NCBI GenBank assembly: GCA_001643675.2
Contig: LSRY02000036.1
Coordinates: forward strand, 434,001 to 498,000
Length of the DNA: 64,000 nucleotides
Reading direction: 5' to 3'
DNA from: Monocercomonoides exilis PA203
Taxonomy: Eukaryota > Protista > Preaxostyla
The number at the start of each line of letters is the position of its first letter. The stretch's first letter is position 1. Position numbers and translations under genes: made by a program. This document shows positions 1 through 12,455 of the stretch, piece after piece. Below the pieces are notes generated by a model, which was given only the letters and a program-made list of their open reading frames with translations, was not told the origin of the DNA and searched no databases.

Positions 1-1908
1 CTTGAACGGCGCATCCGGCAAAACGTTGCTCATGTCCCCTGTCCCCTCCACATACACACGCGGCTGCTCGCTCATCGAGTACGACCGGTAGAACACCTTC
101 TCTGTGATGATCGTGCTCCACCCTTCTTCTGCCTCGATGTCCTTCCCCCCGCTCTGCGCCTCGTTCCCCGAAAACATCATGTAGTTCATGATCATCTGCG
201 GCCGCTCGCTCGCTTCATACACCTCCTGCTTCTGCCCTGCCGAAAAGAAGATCCCTCCCCCTCTCCCTTTCTTCGCCTCTCCCCCATTCACATCCGACGA
301 CTTCATCGTGAACTTCCCCTGCCCACCCACCGACTCCACAAACAGGCACCCTCCATTTGTCCCTGTCACCCCATCCTTAATCGTTGTCGATTCGCAAACA
401 AACGACCCCCTCTTCAGCACTTTCCCCAAATGCACACACCCTCCTTCTTCCTCTGCCCTCCCTCTCTTCACATCCGACGACCTCATCTCCAGCCGCGCCC
501 CTTCGCTCACCTCCCCAACATACACACACCCGCCCCGCCCGCTGCTGTTCGCGTCCTTGATCGTCGACGACACAATCTCCGATACCCCGCTCGCCACCTC
601 AATGTGCACCCCTCCTCCACACCCCGCCGACGCTTCCTTCACCTCGCTCGACTTCAGCACAAGCGTCCCGTTCATGCACACCCCACCCCCGCGCCCTCCC
701 GCACTGCACTTCTGCATCGATGACGACTTCACCACCACCGACCCTGCCCCGCTCCCGCCCACAAACAGCACCCCGCCATCCAACGACGCCGAGCACGTCT
801 TGAACGACGACGATGCAATCTCCACGCTCCCCGCTGACCCGTCAAGCGGCTCCACCGCAACCGCTCCCCCGCTCTGCTCTGCCGAGCACTCTTCAAACCG
901 GCACGACGAAATCGTCAGTGTCCCGCTGCTGACAAAATAGATCGCCCCTCCGCTTCCTGTGCTGTGCAGGTTTTTGAATGTGTTCGACCGGTACGTCGCC
1001 GATGCTCGCCCAAACACCCCCTCCGCCGACGCTGCTGCTGCAATTCCTGCTGCTCTCGCCTCCACCCCGCTCGTCTTGCAGCTGTCGAACGTGCACTCTT
1101 CCACCTCCACAGCCCCGCCCCCAAGCATCCCCATCACAACACATCCATACAGCCCGTTTTCCACTTCCTCAAACCTGCACCCATGCACCCTGCACGCTTG
1201 CGCCCCTCCCAGCGCCTTCTTTTCTTCTTCTTCTTCTTCTTCTTCTGCTGCTGCTGCTGCTGCCCATGCCCCCTCACGAATGCCCCGGAAGACACACCCC
1301 TCCAGCACCACTGCCTCTGCACAGCTGTCTGTCACAAGCGCCTCTCCTCTCGCTGTGCTCAGCCCCTCAAACTCCATCCCAAACATCCGCACCTCGCCCC
1401 CACGCCCCATCCCTTTCACCAGCGTCAGCACCCGCTCTGCCCCGCCCACTGGCACAAGCTGCACCTCCGACAGCTCAACAAACCCGCCACGGTTCACCAC
1501 TGCATGCACACGCCCAAAGTCCAGCGCCATCTCGCACTTCCGCATCCCCAGCCTGCTCTCCTCCCCCACCTCTGCAACGCTCGCCCACACGCTCCTCAGC
1601 CCCACCCAGCGAAGCGAAAGGCTCGACTTCTCCAGTTTGAACAGCTCTCCTTTCTCCCCGGCCTCTGCCGCCACCACTGCCCCGACGGACGCCTTTTCGC
1701 TTCCCTTCACCACCAGCTTGCGCATTGCTATCATGTTCGACCCCGTCTCGTACTCCCCGTCGGCCAGACGCACAACTTGCTCCAGCCCATTTGCTCCTTG
1801 CTCTGCCCGGCCCACACGCGCTGCCAGCGCCAGCGGCTGTGCTGGCCCTGCCCTCGCATCTGCTAGCACCATCAACGCTGCCATTGCACAGAATATCACA
1901 CAATTCAT
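1..1908 (-). CDS. Pmp-like/pectin-lyase-fold beta-helix surface protein, mirror copy (3' part beyond window edge)
   Basis: Reverse complement of the 5' ~1.9 kb of the 865-aa ORF 25690..28287; ATG at 1908; frame open to base 1. Confidence 0.85.
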   Translation of the reverse strand, partial: MNCVIFCAMAALMVLADARAGPAQPLALAARVGRAEQGANGLEQVVRLADGEYETGSNMIAMRKLVVKGSEKASVGAVVAAEAGEKGELFKLEKSSLSLRWVGLRSVWASVAEVGEESRLGMRKCEMALDFGRVHAVVNRGGFVELSEVQLVPVGGAERVLTLVKGMGRGGEVRMFGMEFEGLSTARGEALVTDSCAEAVVLEGCVFRGIREGAWAAAAAAEEEEEEEEKKALGGAQACRVHGCRFEEVENGLYGCVVMGMLGGGAVEVEECTFDSCKTSGVEARAAGIAAAASAEGVFGRASATYRSNTFKNLHSTGSGGAIYFVSSGTLTISSCRFEECSAEQSGGAVAVEPLDGSAGSVEIASSSFKTCSASLDGGVLFVGGSGAGSVVVKSSSMQKCSAGGRGGGVCMNGTLVLKSSEVKEASAGCGGGVHIEVASGVSEIVSSTIKDANSSGRGGCVYVGEVSEGARLEMRSSDVKRGRAEEEGGCVHLGKVLKRGSFVCESTTIKDGVTGTNGGCLFVESVGGQGKFTMKSSDVNGGEAKKGRGGGIFFSAGQKQEVYEASERPQMIMNYMMFSGNEAQSGGKDIEAEEGWSTIITEKVFYRSYSMSEQPRVYVEGTGDMSNVLPDAPFK

Positions 1909-2039
1909 TTGCTTTTATCAAAGATATTTCGAACTTGTTGGCCCATAAGCACTTGGATGAGAACAAATTCATTTCAATATTTGTTAAGGGAAATTGTGAA
2001 AAATCTTTCATCTCGATTATTTTGTTGGTGCATCCACTG

Positions 2040-2900
2040 ACAACGATTATTTTGTGTAGAAAGCGATGCATTAGAGAGATTGTACAATTTATGAAAAATG
2101 GATGATGTGCCAGTTGATATGAGAAACAGAACAATTTATAACAATAGAAAATGGCATTCAGCATGGATGGTGCACTCATTATTCAGAAAGCATAGGCAGA
2201 TGCGCCCCTCTTATCAATGCTTACCGTTAACCAAACTTTAATAAAAAAAACCAATATGGTCTTTGTTCAACAAACTCAGCATGAAGAGATGATTTCTGGA
2301 AAAGAAATGCGCGAGTTCAGTCGAAGAAAGGAGCGCTTCTGGTTTGCCATTTGGGATATCATCACTTTTCTGGCCACTTTTGTTGGAAGAGGTTGCATCA
2401 GATTCGGAATGCTTGAAGGAAAGCGACGAAGCTGAGAAAGATGAGGAAACGGCATTGCCAGCCATGAGGAGCATGCATTCATAGGAAGTGTGCTCGCTTC
2501 CTTTTCTTTTTCTTTCCTTTTATTTTTTTGTGTTTATTGTTGCGATAATAGTTGTTCTGAGCAGCCTGAGAGATCGAAATGAAGGCGAATCAGAAGCAAA
2601 ACAGAGCCAAATGCAGACTGAATCTTTTGCAACCAAACCAGACTCGCCTTTCGGCCTGCACATGCATTGGAGGCACGCAGAGTTGCGCAACGGAAGAAGC
2701 GCGAAGAGACTGAGACGTATTTTTCGAAGGAGTCAAAACAGGAAGGCAAAGAAAATTGAAAAGGAGAGAGCGCAGGACTGAAAAGGGACGAGGAAACACT
2801 CCAAGAGAATGGATTTGAAGATGGTAGAGCGAGAAGAAAAGAGGAGGATTGGGGCGTGTTGGCTGGACTTGTGATTGAGGAGTGGGAGACAGCAACTGCT
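2040..2900 (+). pseudogene. Decayed copy of the lineage-specific helical family (see 23013..24314); boundaries approximate
   Basis: Manual translation gives family-like fragments across frames: SMDGALIIQK/SIGRCAPLIN; LLLEEVASDSECLKESDEAEKDEETALPAMRSMHS*E followed by gtgtgc...ctgagcag (2488-2564) at the family's conserved intron position; then QTRLAFRPAH and ETYFSKESKQE (cf. LTQLAYQSAW, ELHFVRESRRE). Stops and frameshifts present. Confidence 0.55.
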
Positions 2901-3283
2901 AATTGGGAAGAGGAATTGCGAACAGCACATTCATCTGATGAGGATGCTTTTCAGCAGAGGAACAGGTGATGCGATGGGGTTTGTAGGAAATGGAACAGCT
3001 GGCTGGAATGGGAAGGAAGGGTGCGATTTCGCAATTTGTGAAAAACTGGCAAAGCACTCTGTTCATCTCTTTTCATTTTTCTTTCTTTTTTTTCACTTTG
3101 TTTCAAAGAATAGAAAATAAAAAATAAAAATAAAAATAATCAATGCTTCCAAAGAAGATTCAAGCAGCTGTTTGCTGAATCGTCAGCCAATCCAAAGAAA
3201 AGAAAAGAAATGAAACGAAAAGAAATGAAAAAAATTAAAAAAACATTATTATCCACCAACAAAATGAAATGCTTCTCGTTTCA

Positions 3284-4584
3284 TCAGACATTCACAAAAT
3301 AGTCTGATATGTTTTCTGATAAATGATTTCCGTATCTGCGATTCAGAAAACATAACACTCCATAAAAGCTTGCGATTGCATCTTCGTGCCCTTCTTCTTC
3401 CATCCTCTCAAACATCTCTCTCCCCATCCCTCTCCTTTTTGCTTCCTCTCTTTCATCCACCCCCCTTTTTCTCAGTTTCAGACAAATATTCAAAGTGATA
3501 TCCAAACAATAAATTGCTGTCTGGTCATCCAACCACAATCGGCGCATTTCAGAGGAAATCAGATCAACAGCTCCCCCTTCGCCAAGTAATCGACGCTGAC
3601 TGCTTCAAGGCATGCAACATTCGCCAGACGAGCAATGCCCTTCATGAATATTGCGCTCCCATCCCCTCTCGTTCCTTTGCACAATCCAACAACTGCACCA
3701 ATCAGCTCGCTGTATTCCTCGTTCTTCAGTCGGAAATATCCGAAAAAGTCACCAATAACTTTAATCCATCTCTCAATAACTTCTTCTTCATTTGTTTTCT
3801 TCAGCCTGTCTCCCGCTTTCTCCATGTGCATCCGCTTTCTCAGCTCTTCCAGTTCTCTCCTCGATTCTCTCACAAAATGAAGCTCCTCCACAATCACCTT
3901 TTCCATCTTTTCGTTTTTTCTCAGTCTGCTTATCAAAAACCCCCACGCAAGCTGATATCCATAAGATGACATGTTGCGATGCTCCTGATGATATCTCATC
4001 ATTTCCAATGTTTCATCCAAATACATTTCTTCATCCACCTCCTGTTTTTGTTTTGTTTGCGTGTTCGTCAACAAATATCAAAATCATTCAATATATATAT
4101 ATATAATAAAATTAGAAAGAAATAAAGAAAGAAAGAAAGAAAGGCACGCCTCAAACTCATCAACGTGGCCCAAGGCTGTGAAAGCCATATCCTTTTCCAT
4201 CAATGCTTCACAACTGCTATCTTTGTCTGAAGCAACTTTCAAAACGCAACGCAAACAAATTGAAAGCAATTCCTTTGGATATGCATAGCATAGCAAAAGA
4301 TAACACTCGCAAAGATGAATCAACAGCTTTTCGTTCTTTTCTTCCTTTCTCCCATCTTCTTTCACAATCATCTTCTCAAATCGTTTGCACAGCAAAGAAT
4401 CTTTAAAGTTAATCCACCACAAACCACACAATGCAGTGCGACGCCCAATGCCCATCAGCCAACGCACACAATCCTCCATCTTCATTTTCTCTTCTTCAAT
4501 CATTCTGTGCATTTCCTCGAACCGCTCTTCCTTGAAAACATCAAAAATATCGTCCGTGCTCATGTCTTTCAGCACTCTGTCCAT
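3284..4584 (-). CDS. Lineage-specific helical family protein, mirror copy with 1-nt frameshift near 3575; 5' end unresolved
   Basis: Mirror of 23013..24314; intron 4042-4149; G5 instead of G6 splits the last exon into ORFs 3559..4074 and 3284..3547. Confidence 0.75.
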
Positions 4585-6480
4585 TTCTTCTGTCTTCTGT
4601 TTTTGCTCCGCCTCTGAGCATTGCCCCAGCTCATTATACAGCTCTTCGCAGAATTGTGCAAATCACCAAAAGACGTGGCCCGAAAAAAACACAGCAAAAA
4701 TAAACAAACCCCCAAACCTATTCTTTGGAGAAATCTCCTCGATTCCATCTGCATTCGCTCTGTTGACGCGCTCATCCATTCTGATTGCGAAAAACACGTT
4801 CCATCAGCAGGGCAAAGCATTGCGTCGGCAGAACAATCAGAAAACACAAACATTGTTGATGGGGAGCAAAACGAAAGAAAAACAGAGCAAACACAAGTGT
4901 TTTTTGATTTTTTTGATCAAACAAATAATAATTCAAACAGAAACAGAAACAATGATGGTTTTCTTTTGATTTTTTTTGTTGTTTTTCTGAACTCTTTGCA
5001 GTTTGTGTATTTGTGCCTTATCTACATTTCAGCACACGAGAATGGAACTTGGAGGAGGAGGAAAGGATGACAAACAACCAGATTGGTTCAGCTGAAAGAA
5101 ATAAATGTCTGAAAACCAGTATTCCTCTTTCAAACACGAGGTCTGCGATATGACTTTCACGCTTTTTTCCCCTTCTTCTTCATTTCATTCCTTTTTATTT
5201 GCAAACGCATCATCAGGCTTGTTCCCTTTTTATATATTGAAGAAAACACACCAAGAGCATTTGCAGCTTGATGGCTGTTGTGTTTGGCGCATGGGAAGTG
5301 GATTTCCTTGACGATGAAATGGGCATAGGAGCTGCTCCCAAATGATGCAGAAATGTTTTTTGTGTTCATTGGGGAAAGGAAGCAGTGGAGAAGGAGAAGG
5401 ATTGGGGCAGAAAAGGAGAACTCTCTCAGTTCGTCTTGAATTCGTTTTGAATTCGTTTTGCAGAAAGATCCTCAGCCATGTTTTCTGTCTCTCCTTCTGT
5501 GTGTGCTGTCTTATAAATCATGAAAGACAGCAATCTGCAAAGAGACAACAAAAGAGGAATTGAATAACAACGCCAAAGGCAGAAAGAGGCATTTGAAGAC
5601 GATTGGCAGATCAGAGAGCAGCAGCCACGGGGTTGTGAAAGGTATGTGCCAGCTGGACAGAACGGGGAAGACATGTGCTTTTTTGTGGGGGTTGGTTGGG
5701 AAGCAATGTTGAAGATGAAGAAGCAGGTGTTGTTTGGGCTGGGTGGAATTGGCGTGGCGGGCAGGCAAGGCAGACGGAGACAGAAGAGGTGTTTTTGAGA
5801 GAAGGGAAGGAATGAAGAAGCAAAGTCCCTTTGGAAAACACAGAGGCCATTTCATGTTGCACTTTTTTCGTGTTCATTGGCTTCGGTGCCTGTTGAAAGA
5901 CATCTCCACTTCGTTCATCTATTGTTCTCTCAACTGAAATTGGATCGTTCAGGAGCAGCAGATGCCTGTGGAGTGTGTCTGCTTCAAAAGGTTAATCAGA
6001 ATTTGTGCTCGAAGGTTGAGTGAGGAGAACGATGATTTGAAGTGCAATTTGTCTTTTCTGTGCGTTTGATGGCAAATGACGACTTTTTCTTTGCTTTTCA
6101 CCACAATCAATTTGCTTCTATTTTTTCAATTGATACCGATATTAATTTTTTTTGTGATAAAAAAAAAAGGAGAGAAAGATTGTCTTTTTTGAGTGTTTTT
6201 CAATCATATTTCATTTTCTCATCTCAGAATAATTCTCAATAATTAATGTTTTATTGATTTTGTATCATTGTGTGCTTGCTGCAAAAATAAAATTAATAAT
6301 ACTGTATATTTGGATGGTGAATATTCGTTAACTTTTCGAAGAGTGTTTTTATGAGGAAGGAGTTTTGAGCGGCCCATTATATAATTGTTGGGAAAGAAAG
6401 AGGATTGAATATCCGTTCAGGAACTGGACGGAGGGGGCGGAAACACAGGCAAGACGCAGAAAATATCGAAACAGAAAGGA

Positions 6481-9400
6481 ATGGAAACGGACGACGAAAA
6501 GCAGAAAAGAGCGCAGCAGGAAGAAAATACAAATTGTGCTGAACTGGATGGAAGAGGAGGGCACGGAAGCGAGTGTGGAGAGGGTGCAGGAGAAGGCGAG
6601 GAGCAGAGGGTGTTGCGGGGAGCAGCGATGAGGGGAGAGGCAGATGGAGGGGAAGGGCTGGGAGAGAGCAGGGAAAAGGAAAAGAGGAATGTTGAAGGAA
6701 TGGTTGGGGCTGGGGTTGGGATTGGGGTTGGAATTGGGGTTGGAATTGGGGCAGGGGAGGGAGGAAGAGGAGAGGCAGCGGGAGGGGCGGTGCACGGGAA
6801 GCAGTCGCTGATGCTGGACATCTCGAAGATTCTGGCGAGGCGGACGGTGTCAGTGGACGAGGAGGCGGCGCGGGCGGAGAAGCTGCAGTACTTCGAGGGG
6901 CAGTGCTCGGGGGTGCTGCCGTATGTGTATGTGGGGTCTCGGAAGGTGGCGGCGGACCGGGAGCTGCTGCATGGGAAGGGGGTGACGCACATCCTGAACT
7001 GTGCAGCAGGGGTGTGCCCGGCGTATTTCCCTGGGGAGTTCCGGTACATGCAGGTGAATCTGAGCGACGACGCAGAGCAGGATGTGATCTCGCTGCTGCC
7101 GTATGCGATCTTTGCGATCGAGGCAGAGCGGCGGGAGTGGAGGAGGAGGAAGACGAGGAAGATGAGGAGGAAGAGGAGGAAGATTGCAGCATTGGAGGAT
7201 GGGGAGCATGAGAAACGGGGAAGAGAGGGGAGGGAGAAAAAAGAGAGTGGGATGGGGTTGGACAGGCAGAGGAGGAGCAGGGGGACATGGACGGGGAAGA
7301 GACGGGGAAGGGAAGGAGGCGGTGTTTTTTGTGCACTGCCACCAGGGGGTGTCGCGGTCGGCGTCTGTGTGTCTGGGGTATCTGATGTATGCGCTGAATG
7401 CGTCGCTGTCGTGTGTGCTGTCGTGGAGCCGGCGGGAGCGCGGGGTGATCCGGCCGAACGAGGGGTTTGTGCGGCAGCTTCAGCTGGAGTCTCGGCAGCA
7501 GGAGGGGCTGTGGCAGTTGTGGGAGAAGAGGGAGAGGGAGAAGAGCGAAAGAGAGAATGAGAATGAGAATGAGAAGGAGAATGAGAAGGAGAATGAGAAG
7601 GAGAAGGGGGTGATGTGGGGGCTGTGGAGGATGGGAGCACAGAGCAACCCATCAGAGTTTGCGTTGGTAGAGGATGAGGAAGAGGATGAAGAGGAAGGAG
7701 AAGGAAGCAGTTCAGATTATTCTGAGGAAGAAGACGATGAAGAAGATGAAGGAGAAAGAAGGGGGAGAAGAGGGAGAAGAGGGAGAAAAGATAATTGGAG
7801 GAGGAAGGAGGAGAGGAAGGAGAGGAAGGAGAAGATGGAGAGGGTGGCAGCAGTGACACCGCACAGGGTTGGTGTTCCGCTGAGCGAGAAGTCGTTTGAC
7901 CGGCGGTTTGTGTATGTGCTGTTTGGGAGGTGTGGGGTTGGGGTGTGGGTGGGGATGAAGGCGAAGAGGGAGTATGTGGCAGCAGGGGTGGAGTATGGGC
8001 GGTGGCTGGGGGAGCAGCTGCCTTTTGGGAAGAGTGGAAAGGAGAGTGAGAATGAAGAAGAAGAAGAGAGATGGGAGAAGAAAGAGTGTGAGAAGTTTTC
8101 GAGGAGTCTGGGGGAGCTTGAAGCGAAGCTGAAGCGAGTGAAGGAGAGGCATGAAAGAGAGAAAGAGAGGAAGAGGAAGACGAGAAAAGGGGAGTTTTGT
8201 GGGAAAGGAGGGAGAGAAGCAGAAGAGATGAAAGAAGAAGAGGGAAAAGAGCAGAGTGAGCGAAGAGAAAGAAGAGAAGAGGAGGCAGATGAGGATGGGA
8301 AAGAACAATGTGTTTGGGGAAGAGAGAGAAGTGACTCTGTGCTTTGGACAGATAGAGAGAGATTGGGAGGGGATGAGGAAAGTGAGGAAGTGGCAGAGAA
8401 TGAGCAGAGGGAAATGAAAGAGAGAGGGAAGAGAGAAGAAGAAGAAGAGAAGAAAGGGAAGAAAGGGAAGAAGAAGAGGAAGAAGGAAGAGAAGGGGAAG
8501 GAGAAGGAGAGCATCGGGTGCCACTGGTGGCAGAGATGGTGGAGGAGACAGAGTTGGAAGGCGGGGTGAAGATCGACACGAAGACGGTGTTTGAGCGAGA
8601 GGCAGTGCTTTCGCTGCCGGCGGAGGTGTTTTCCGCTGGTGCGGGAGAGGAGGGAGGGGAGAGAGGAAGTGGTGTGTGTGCGGCAGGGGAACAGATGGGA
8701 AAGAGAAGAAGAAGGAAAAGAAGAAGAAGAAGAAGGAAGAGAAGGAAGAGGAAAAAGTGAGGCAGAAAAAGTGTGTGAGTCGATTGAATGGAGAGAAGAA
8801 AGAGAGTTCTGGAAGCTTCTGCAAAGGATGGTGGAAGAGCAGCCGGATTGTTGTCTGAACGAGGTGAGTCAGAGGCGTCAGGTGGAGACACACACAACCT
8901 CATCAACGACTTCATCATCATCATCATCATCATCATCATTCACAACATCCACACAGAACAATCAGTATGAAGAGCTGAAGACATTCCGAAGAGCATCTGA
9001 GGATGAGAAGCCGAATGGAGGAAGAGGAAGAGAAAGAGAAGAAAGAGAAAGAGAAAGAAGTCAGCTGGCGACTGTTGATTTTGGGAGGCTGAGCGACACG
9101 AGCGAAGTGATTGGGGAAGACTCGGCGCTGGATGAAGAGGCGTTGTGGGCAGTTGGGGGGAGGCTATGGATGAAGGGAGGGGGTGAAAGAGAAGAAAGAG
9201 AGAGAAATGATGAATCGTCTTCTCATTCTTCAATTTCTTCTTCAAATTCTTGTTGTGCGTGTGATTCGTCCTTCTCATCGTTCTCATCGTTCTCTTTTCT
9301 TCCCTCGTCTTCTTCGGGGCAGCCAGATGAGCTGGCAGACAGTGTTGTGTCTTGTGAGCATGGGAAGAGCAGTCAGCTGCAGAAGATGGGAGAGAGGGAG

Positions 9401-12107
9401 CGAGAGAGGGCAAAAGAGGAGCGGAGAGGCACAAATACAGACACTGCCAAAGAGATAGAAGAAGAAACAGAAGAAGAAAAAGAAGAGAAGGAGGAAAGAA
9501 GTTCATTGAGTTCATTGAGTTCTGAGTGTTGTGAGTGTTCTGTGCACTCATCTGCAGCAGATTCGCAGGCGTCATCTCAGATTGAGCACTCTCTTCATTC
9601 ATCATCAACATCATCATCATCAACAGCATCAGCAGCAAAGAACACAGAGACACCACTTCAGCAGGAGAGAAAGGGGGGAAGAGAAAAAGGGAATCGCATT
9701 TGCTGCACTTCCGACACTTCACATTCCTCGTTCTGTTCCTCTGCTATCATTCCATTCCACTTCATTGCCATCATCATCGTCTGATTGTTCCACTTCATCA
9801 TCCACCTCGCCATCCACTTCAACCCAAACGCCGAGTGATTCTTGTGTGCCTGCACTTTCCAATCTCCATCTTCATCTTCATTCACAATCACAATCACCTT
9901 CACCTTCACATTTACAATCAACATTATCATCATCATCATCTTTAACTTCATCATCAACATTATCTTCATCATCATCAATTGGGCAGACAGAAAGAGAAAG
10001 AGAAAGAGAAACGACATCTGAGATGGGAAGAGCGACTCAGCTGGGGTGCTTCCACAAACATTCACATTCACATTCACTTCAGACAGGGAGCATCAACAGC
10101 ATCAACAGCATCAACAGCATTGATAGCAGCAGAAGGAGTGAAAGGAGTGAAAAGAGTGAAAGGAGTGAAAAGAGAAGAAGAAGAAGAAAGAGAAGGAGGA
10201 GGAGAAAGAGAAAGAGCGAAAGAAGAGAGATTGGAGAGGGGGAGTTTCTGAGTGAGAGGAGGGCAGAGGGAGAAAGAGGAGGAAGCAGAAGGAGCTCAGG
10301 AGGAAGGGAGGGGGGAGACAGGAAGCAGTCAGAATGGAGAGAGAGAAGAAGCACAGCTGAGCAGCATGAAGAGCTGGCATTCTCATCTCGCTCAACACAC
10401 TCAACTCACACAGAATATGATTCAGTAGAAGACACAGAATCAAAAGCAGGAGGAAGAGAAAGAGAAGAGGAAAGAGAAGAGGAAAGAGGAAAAGCGTTGA
10501 GTGAGGCAGAGTCGCGTTCGTTCCTATCGTCGCTGTTCAGCACAAGCGAGTCGTCTTCTGTGCAGCACTTCCCTTTGGACAGTGCAGGCGAGGCGTCGCC
10601 TTTGCCGTCGGGAGCGCCATCGCCGGGGCAGTTGTCGGTCTGCTCGGGTGCAAGCACGCCGGCGCTGACGAGGCGGATCCGGCGGCTGGGGTCGTTTGGG
10701 ATGGGATTGGGAACAGGAACAGGAGGAGGAGGGGCAGTGTCGCCAGCATGCTCTGGAAGCTTGTCTGGGAGGAGCTGTCTCATTTGCATCATTTGCACCT
10801 TTGCAGCTTTTGGGACGCCTCCTTCATCGTCGCCGAGGCTGCGGAGAGGAGAAGCACAGCGGCAGTTTGAGCAGGAGCGGAATGCACACACAGACAGGGG
10901 GATGTTTGGCGAGGGCGGGTGGGGCAGCAGGAGCAGGAGCGGGGGCGAGGGTGAAGGTGAGGGTGAAGGCGAAGGCGAGGGTGAGGGCAGGGGAGAAAAT
11001 GGGAGTGAGAATGAGAATGAGAATGGGGTTGAAGGTGTGAGGGGAAGAGGTAGCGAGGAGAGCAGGGAAGAGGAGGAGGAAGAGGAAGAGGAGGACGGAA
11101 GGGCAGATGTGTTTCAGACGCCGCCATCGAGATCGGTGTGTCCGTCGCGTCTGGTGCTGTCGTTGGGTGTGCCACCGTCTGCACAGCACGAGGAATGTGT
11201 GGGAAAGCCGATGGGGCTGCGGATGGAAAGCACAACGGCTGCAGTGGCCAGCCAAGATATGCAACATCAACAACAACATAATCTGCCAAGCTCATCATCA
11301 TCATCAGCAGCATCATTGTGCTATTCAGGAGCAGATGAGCAGTCAGTGCGAAGTGTCGCATCTGCCTGGGACATGGAGAGCAGAGGAAGTGGAGGAGGAA
11401 GTGGAGGAGGAGGAGAAAATCCACCGATGGCGCGGATGTTTGAGTATCCGAAGTGGACAGAGATCGACTCGTTTGACAGCGAAGGGCTGTCGTCGTCGCG
11501 GTGTCTTGTTCTGGTGCCGCTGGTTGGGGGTGGAGGGAGCGAGGGGAAGGGAGGGGCAGGCAGCAGCAATAGCAATGGCAATGACCATAGCAACAATAGC
11601 AGCAGCAGTAGTATGGCGATGCGATTGGCAGGGCAGAGGAGCGTGTTTGTGTGGCTGGGGGCAGACTTTGCGATCCCGCGGAAGGAGCGGGAGCAGATCC
11701 AGCGGGAGCTGAAGGGGCGGGGCAGACGGGCGGGCGGGGCAGAGCAGCTGGGGAAGGTTCTGTCGGATGCGACGTTTGACGAGGCGACGCTTGTTTGGGC
11801 GCAGCGGGTTGGGAGCTCGTTTTGGGGGGAGTTTGAGAGGCGGCTGAGGGAAGAGGAGAACAGAGCGCCTGCTGTGCAGACACAGGCACAGGCACAGGCA
11901 CAGATGTTGCTGTCTCTTCAGCCGGCTTCTCTGGATTCGGCATCTCCACACAGCAGCAAGAAGCACGACGACATGGAAGGGATGGAAAGGATGGAGGGAG
12001 AAGCAGAAGAAGCAGCAGCAGAAGAAGAAGAAAGGGCGGGGCGTGTGGAGGTGATTGTGGAGAAAGACGCGCTGGAGTCGGAAGAGTTCTTGTCATATTT
12101 CTTTTGA
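6481..12107 (+). CDS. MKP1: Dual-specificity MAPK phosphatase, plant MKP1-like (DSP domain plus two gelsolin-like segments), ~1876 aa, several homopolymer frameshifts in this copy
   Basis: ORF pieces give KLQYFEGQCSGVLPYVYVGSRKVAADRELLHGKGVTHILNC, the catalytic VHCHQGVSRS (HCxxGxSRS), IRPNEGFVRQL, gelsolin-like SFDRRFVYVL..VWVG and C-terminal MFEYPKW..LSSSRCLVL..VFVWLG..VEKDALESEEFLSYFF. Confidence 0.8.
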
Positions 12108-12420
12108 AGCTGTCGGTGCGCGCCGGGGGAGTAGCAGCATCCGGGTGCGAGTGATTGCTGCTTTGTCTGTTTTGCACTCTTGTGCAGGCTCTTTTGCCTT
12201 GTGTGCTCGTGTGTCCTCCTCAGAGCGTGCCTGTGTGCTCATGCGATGCACGAAAGCAATGCTTCAGATGACTTTGCTCTGATTTGCCTGCCCAACTGGT
12301 TCTTCTTCTTGTTGTGTCTCTTTTTCTTTTTCTTTTTCTTTTCAATTCGTTTCTTTGCTGGCTGGAGTTGCTGCGGTGAGGCACAAATGTGTTATTTTCC
12401 AAAATGTTTGATTTGCCCAA

Positions 12421-12455
12421 ATTTTATTTTATTTTATTTTATTTTATTTTATTTT
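12421..12455 (+). repeat. (ATTTT)n microsatellite (mirror ~15134-15168)
   Basis: Directly visible tandem pentamer. Confidence 0.9.

Noticed and set aside
1990-2230. TAG/CAG and TGA/TAA differences between arms suggesting a TAR=Gln genetic code
   Set aside because: Multi-kb ORFs contain no in-frame TAA/TAG, and genes end in TAG/TAA (28287, 48452); the region is a pseudogene.
5030-5940. Possible further decayed gene fragments (ILKKTHQEHLQL..GAWE near 5235-5300; YVPAGQNGEDMCF near 5640-5690)
   Set aside because: Only short motif resemblance with no collinear support that I could verify by eye; needs tBLASTn.
6700-6752. GGGGTT-containing repeats resembling telomeric sequence (mirror ~20845-20895)
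   Set aside because: They have a 12-bp period and encode GVGIGVGIGVGIG in frame within the phosphatase N-terminus; not a telomere array.
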